From Hypanus sabinus (lineage: Eukaryota), in assembly GCF_030144855.1 (NCBI RefSeq), contig NC_082715.1:76632001-76696000 (forward strand): a stretch of 64,000 bases of DNA, read 5' to 3'. The first letter of the stretch is position 1, and each line of letters opens with the position of its first letter. Both the position numbers and the translations under genes were made by a program. A model generated the notes under the pieces. That model had not been told where the DNA came from, ran no database searches, and saw only the letters and a program-made list of their open reading frames with translations. Of the stretch, positions 61,130 to 64,000 are shown piece by piece.

Positions 61130-63210
61130 TATGGAAACAGGCTCTTCAGCACAAACACTTTACACTGACCAAGTTTCTCATCTATGTTAGTCTCATTCAT
61201 CTCCATTTAGTCCGTATCGCTTTGGAATTTTCCTATCTGTGTACCTGTCCAAGTAACATTTAAATGTGGTTAATGTACCTGCTTCAGTCAATTCCTCTGA
61301 CAGCTTGTTCCGTATAGGGACCACCGTCTGAGTGTAAAAGAATCCCCTTATCCATGTATCACTCTAAAACTATGTCCTCAAGTTCTTGATTTTTTCCCAA
61401 TCCTGGGGAAAAAGACTGTGCAGACAGCCCATCTATGCCCCTCATGATTCTATACTACTTCATAATATAACCCTCTTTCTCCTATGTTTCACTGAATAAA
61501 GTCCCAACCTACTCTATCTTTCTCCATTACTATTTCCCTGAGTACCAACAATATCCTTTCAAGTTTCTTTTGCACTCTTCCTAGCTTAAATGACATCTTA
61601 CCTATCATGGGATGATCAAAACTGCATACAATATTCTAAATGTGGCTTCACTAGCATTTTGTATAACATAACATTCCAGCTCTATACCCAAGTGTTATGA
61701 TGAAAGTCAGCATGCCAGAAGTCAGCTTCACTGCCATATATACCAGTGGAGCCACTTACACGGAACCACCTACTTGTACTTCTAGGTCTCTCTGTTTTAC
61801 TATGTCCCACAGCCCGACCATAAACTCTGCAAGTCATACCCTGATCATTCCTCAACTCACTTTTTTTCTGCTAATCAACATGCCTCTGTGATTCCTGATA
61901 ACCATGCCTTGTGCATTCTTGTCCAGTCTATTGATATAGATAACAAATAGCAAAGGGCCTAGCGCAAATCACTAGGGAATAGTATTAGTCATGGACTTTC
62001 TACTGTCTGCATCTGCTTCCCACTAGGAAGCCAATTGAGTATCCAATTGGATTATTGTCCTTGGATCTCATGGACTCAAACTTTCCATATCAGCTAACCA
62101 CACAGAACCTTATCAAAGGACTTATTAAAGTCCATATAGACTACGTTTACCACTCTGTTCTCATCAATCTTCTTGGTTATTCCTTTAAAAAACCTCAAGT
62201 CAGCATGGTCTCATGCAAAAAAAAAGCAATGGTATTCCTAATCAACCACTGTCTTTCCAATGCTTGTATTACGTACCCCTTAGAGCCATCTCCAGTTAGC
62301 TATTTACCAGAGGAGTTAGACTTAGTGGTTTATAGTTCCCAGATTGTTATTTACAACCCTTAAATAAATGTACGACATTAAATACCCTCCTGTTCTTTTG
62401 CATTTCAGCTATCACTAGCTATGATGCATATATTTCAGCCAGAGCTCCTGTCTCCTCAAGCTTCTCAGTGTTTTTTATATACCTGATCACACCCTGGAGA
62501 TTAATCTGTCTTCATTGTTTTAAGACATCCAGCACTTCTTCTACTGTAGTATAAATTATCCCCATTAACTATGTCAGATTCCAAAGTCTTCATGTTCATC
62601 TCCACAGTAAAAACAGAAGTATTCATTGAGGACCATACTGTCTCTTAAGTTTCCACATGAAGTTGTCTACTTTGGTCTTTGAGGGGTCCTGCTCTCTCTA
62701 GTCACTCTTTTTACCTCTTAAATATACATTAAAATCTCTTTGGTTTCTTGTTAATCATCTTTGCCAAAACTATTTCATGCCCCCTTTTCACCTTTCTGAT
62801 ATCCTTAAGTATACTCCTGCATCTCTTATACCCTGGAGATTGCCTTGATTTGAGCTGCCTGTATCTGACCATGTCTCTTTTTGCATTTCCTGACCAAAAC
62901 CTTGGTATCCCTTGTCATTCCAGGGTTTCCTACCCTTCACTCTAACAGGACCTTGTGTAGTTCTTGACTTCTCATTATTTCTCTTTTAAAAGTCTTACAG
63001 TTGTACCTTTAGGTATATTTAAAGCAGAGTTCTTGATTAGTGAGGATGTCTGAAAGGTTACTGGGAGAAGGCAGGAGAATAGGGTTGAGAGGGAAGATAA
63101 ATCAGCCATGATTGAATAGCAGAGCATTCTGTTCCTATGTCCTATGCTCTTTGCTTGCAAATGATCTCTGGTCCAATCAACTTTTGCAAGTTCCTGTCTT
63201 AAATTGCTCC
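61130..63210 (-). mobile_element. Old decayed CR1-like LINE, with a plus-strand CR1 tail at about 63010-63145
   Basis: Scattered RT remnants (e.g. accttatcaaagg...aaagtccatatagac, the reverse of VYMDF..FDKV). Confidence 0.6.
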
Positions 63211-64000
63211 AGATCACCAATTGTTTCTTCTCTTTCCTTTTCACACCCATTCACCCACCCACGCATAAATAGATAGCAAACTGCATTGGACTCCTCATCC
63301 CATCTCATTCAATAAGATCATGGTTCATTTTCCATTTTGGTGCAACTGTCTTGTATTAACTCTATATCCCATGGTTTCCTAAATGTTTAGTCTTTACCTG
63401 TAGGTAAGACTGTTTTGTTAACAATGGGAATACTGTGCTTTAATACCGCACAATCTAATTAATCATACTTAATTTGTGATAGCACATCAGAAGAGAGATG
63501 TGAAGCCACACTGGGTGTTGAATCCTTTTTATGGAAATTTATATTCCTTGAAGTACATTCATCACTGTTCTATTTTTAAAATATCTAATTTTCATTTACT
63601 ATTCTCTTCACACCCCAATTTATGGATTTGAATAGTGTAATAGTGTAGAAATAGTGTAATTTCTCAACTCATATTGCCACAAAGGTCTGGAAAATGTTTC
63701 ATGAAATATAATATATTTATGATACAGTTTTGTAAATTGATTATTGTAACTAATGATTTCAATTAAGGGGTGAGGTAATGTTTTATAAAAGGTTCAAATG
63801 GAAAACTCAAAGTTAATTTATTATCAAAGTACAAATATGTCACCATATACAACTATGAGATTAATTTTCTTGTGCGCATACACTGAATTCAAGAAACACA
63901 AGTGAATCAATGAAAAACCACACCCAACAGGAACAACCAATGCACAAAAGAAAGCAATCTGTGACTATACAAAGAAAATAAATAAACGAATAAGCAATAC

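Overview
This is vertebrate genomic DNA. The repeat landscape (CR1/HER1-like and Rex1-like LINEs, V-SINE/HE1-like SINEs, Penelope-like elements) points to a cartilaginous fish, probably a ray; that is an inference. Three gene signals are present. (1) The first coding exon of NTPCR (MARHVFLTGPP-G, minus strand, 3490-3523) sits under a CpG-rich promoter and is too short for the ORF track. (2) An intact, intronless 920-aa MAP10/KIAA1383 CDS lies on the minus strand (36552-39314). (3) A divergent plus-strand first exon ends at a strong donor at 40011; by synteny it is probably the 5' end of SIPA1L2. The segment between MAP10 and that exon is a compact, apparently bidirectional CpG promoter with CCAAT boxes phased every 31-33 bp. 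The rest is mostly decayed and often nested mobile DNA: Penelope-like termini carrying minimal hammerhead-ribozyme motifs, several solo LTRs, a TIR-to-TIR Tc1, Harbinger, hAT and Tigger derivatives, and a Gypsy remnant. There is one 139-bp assembly gap. Repeat boundaries without TSD or TIR support are approximate.
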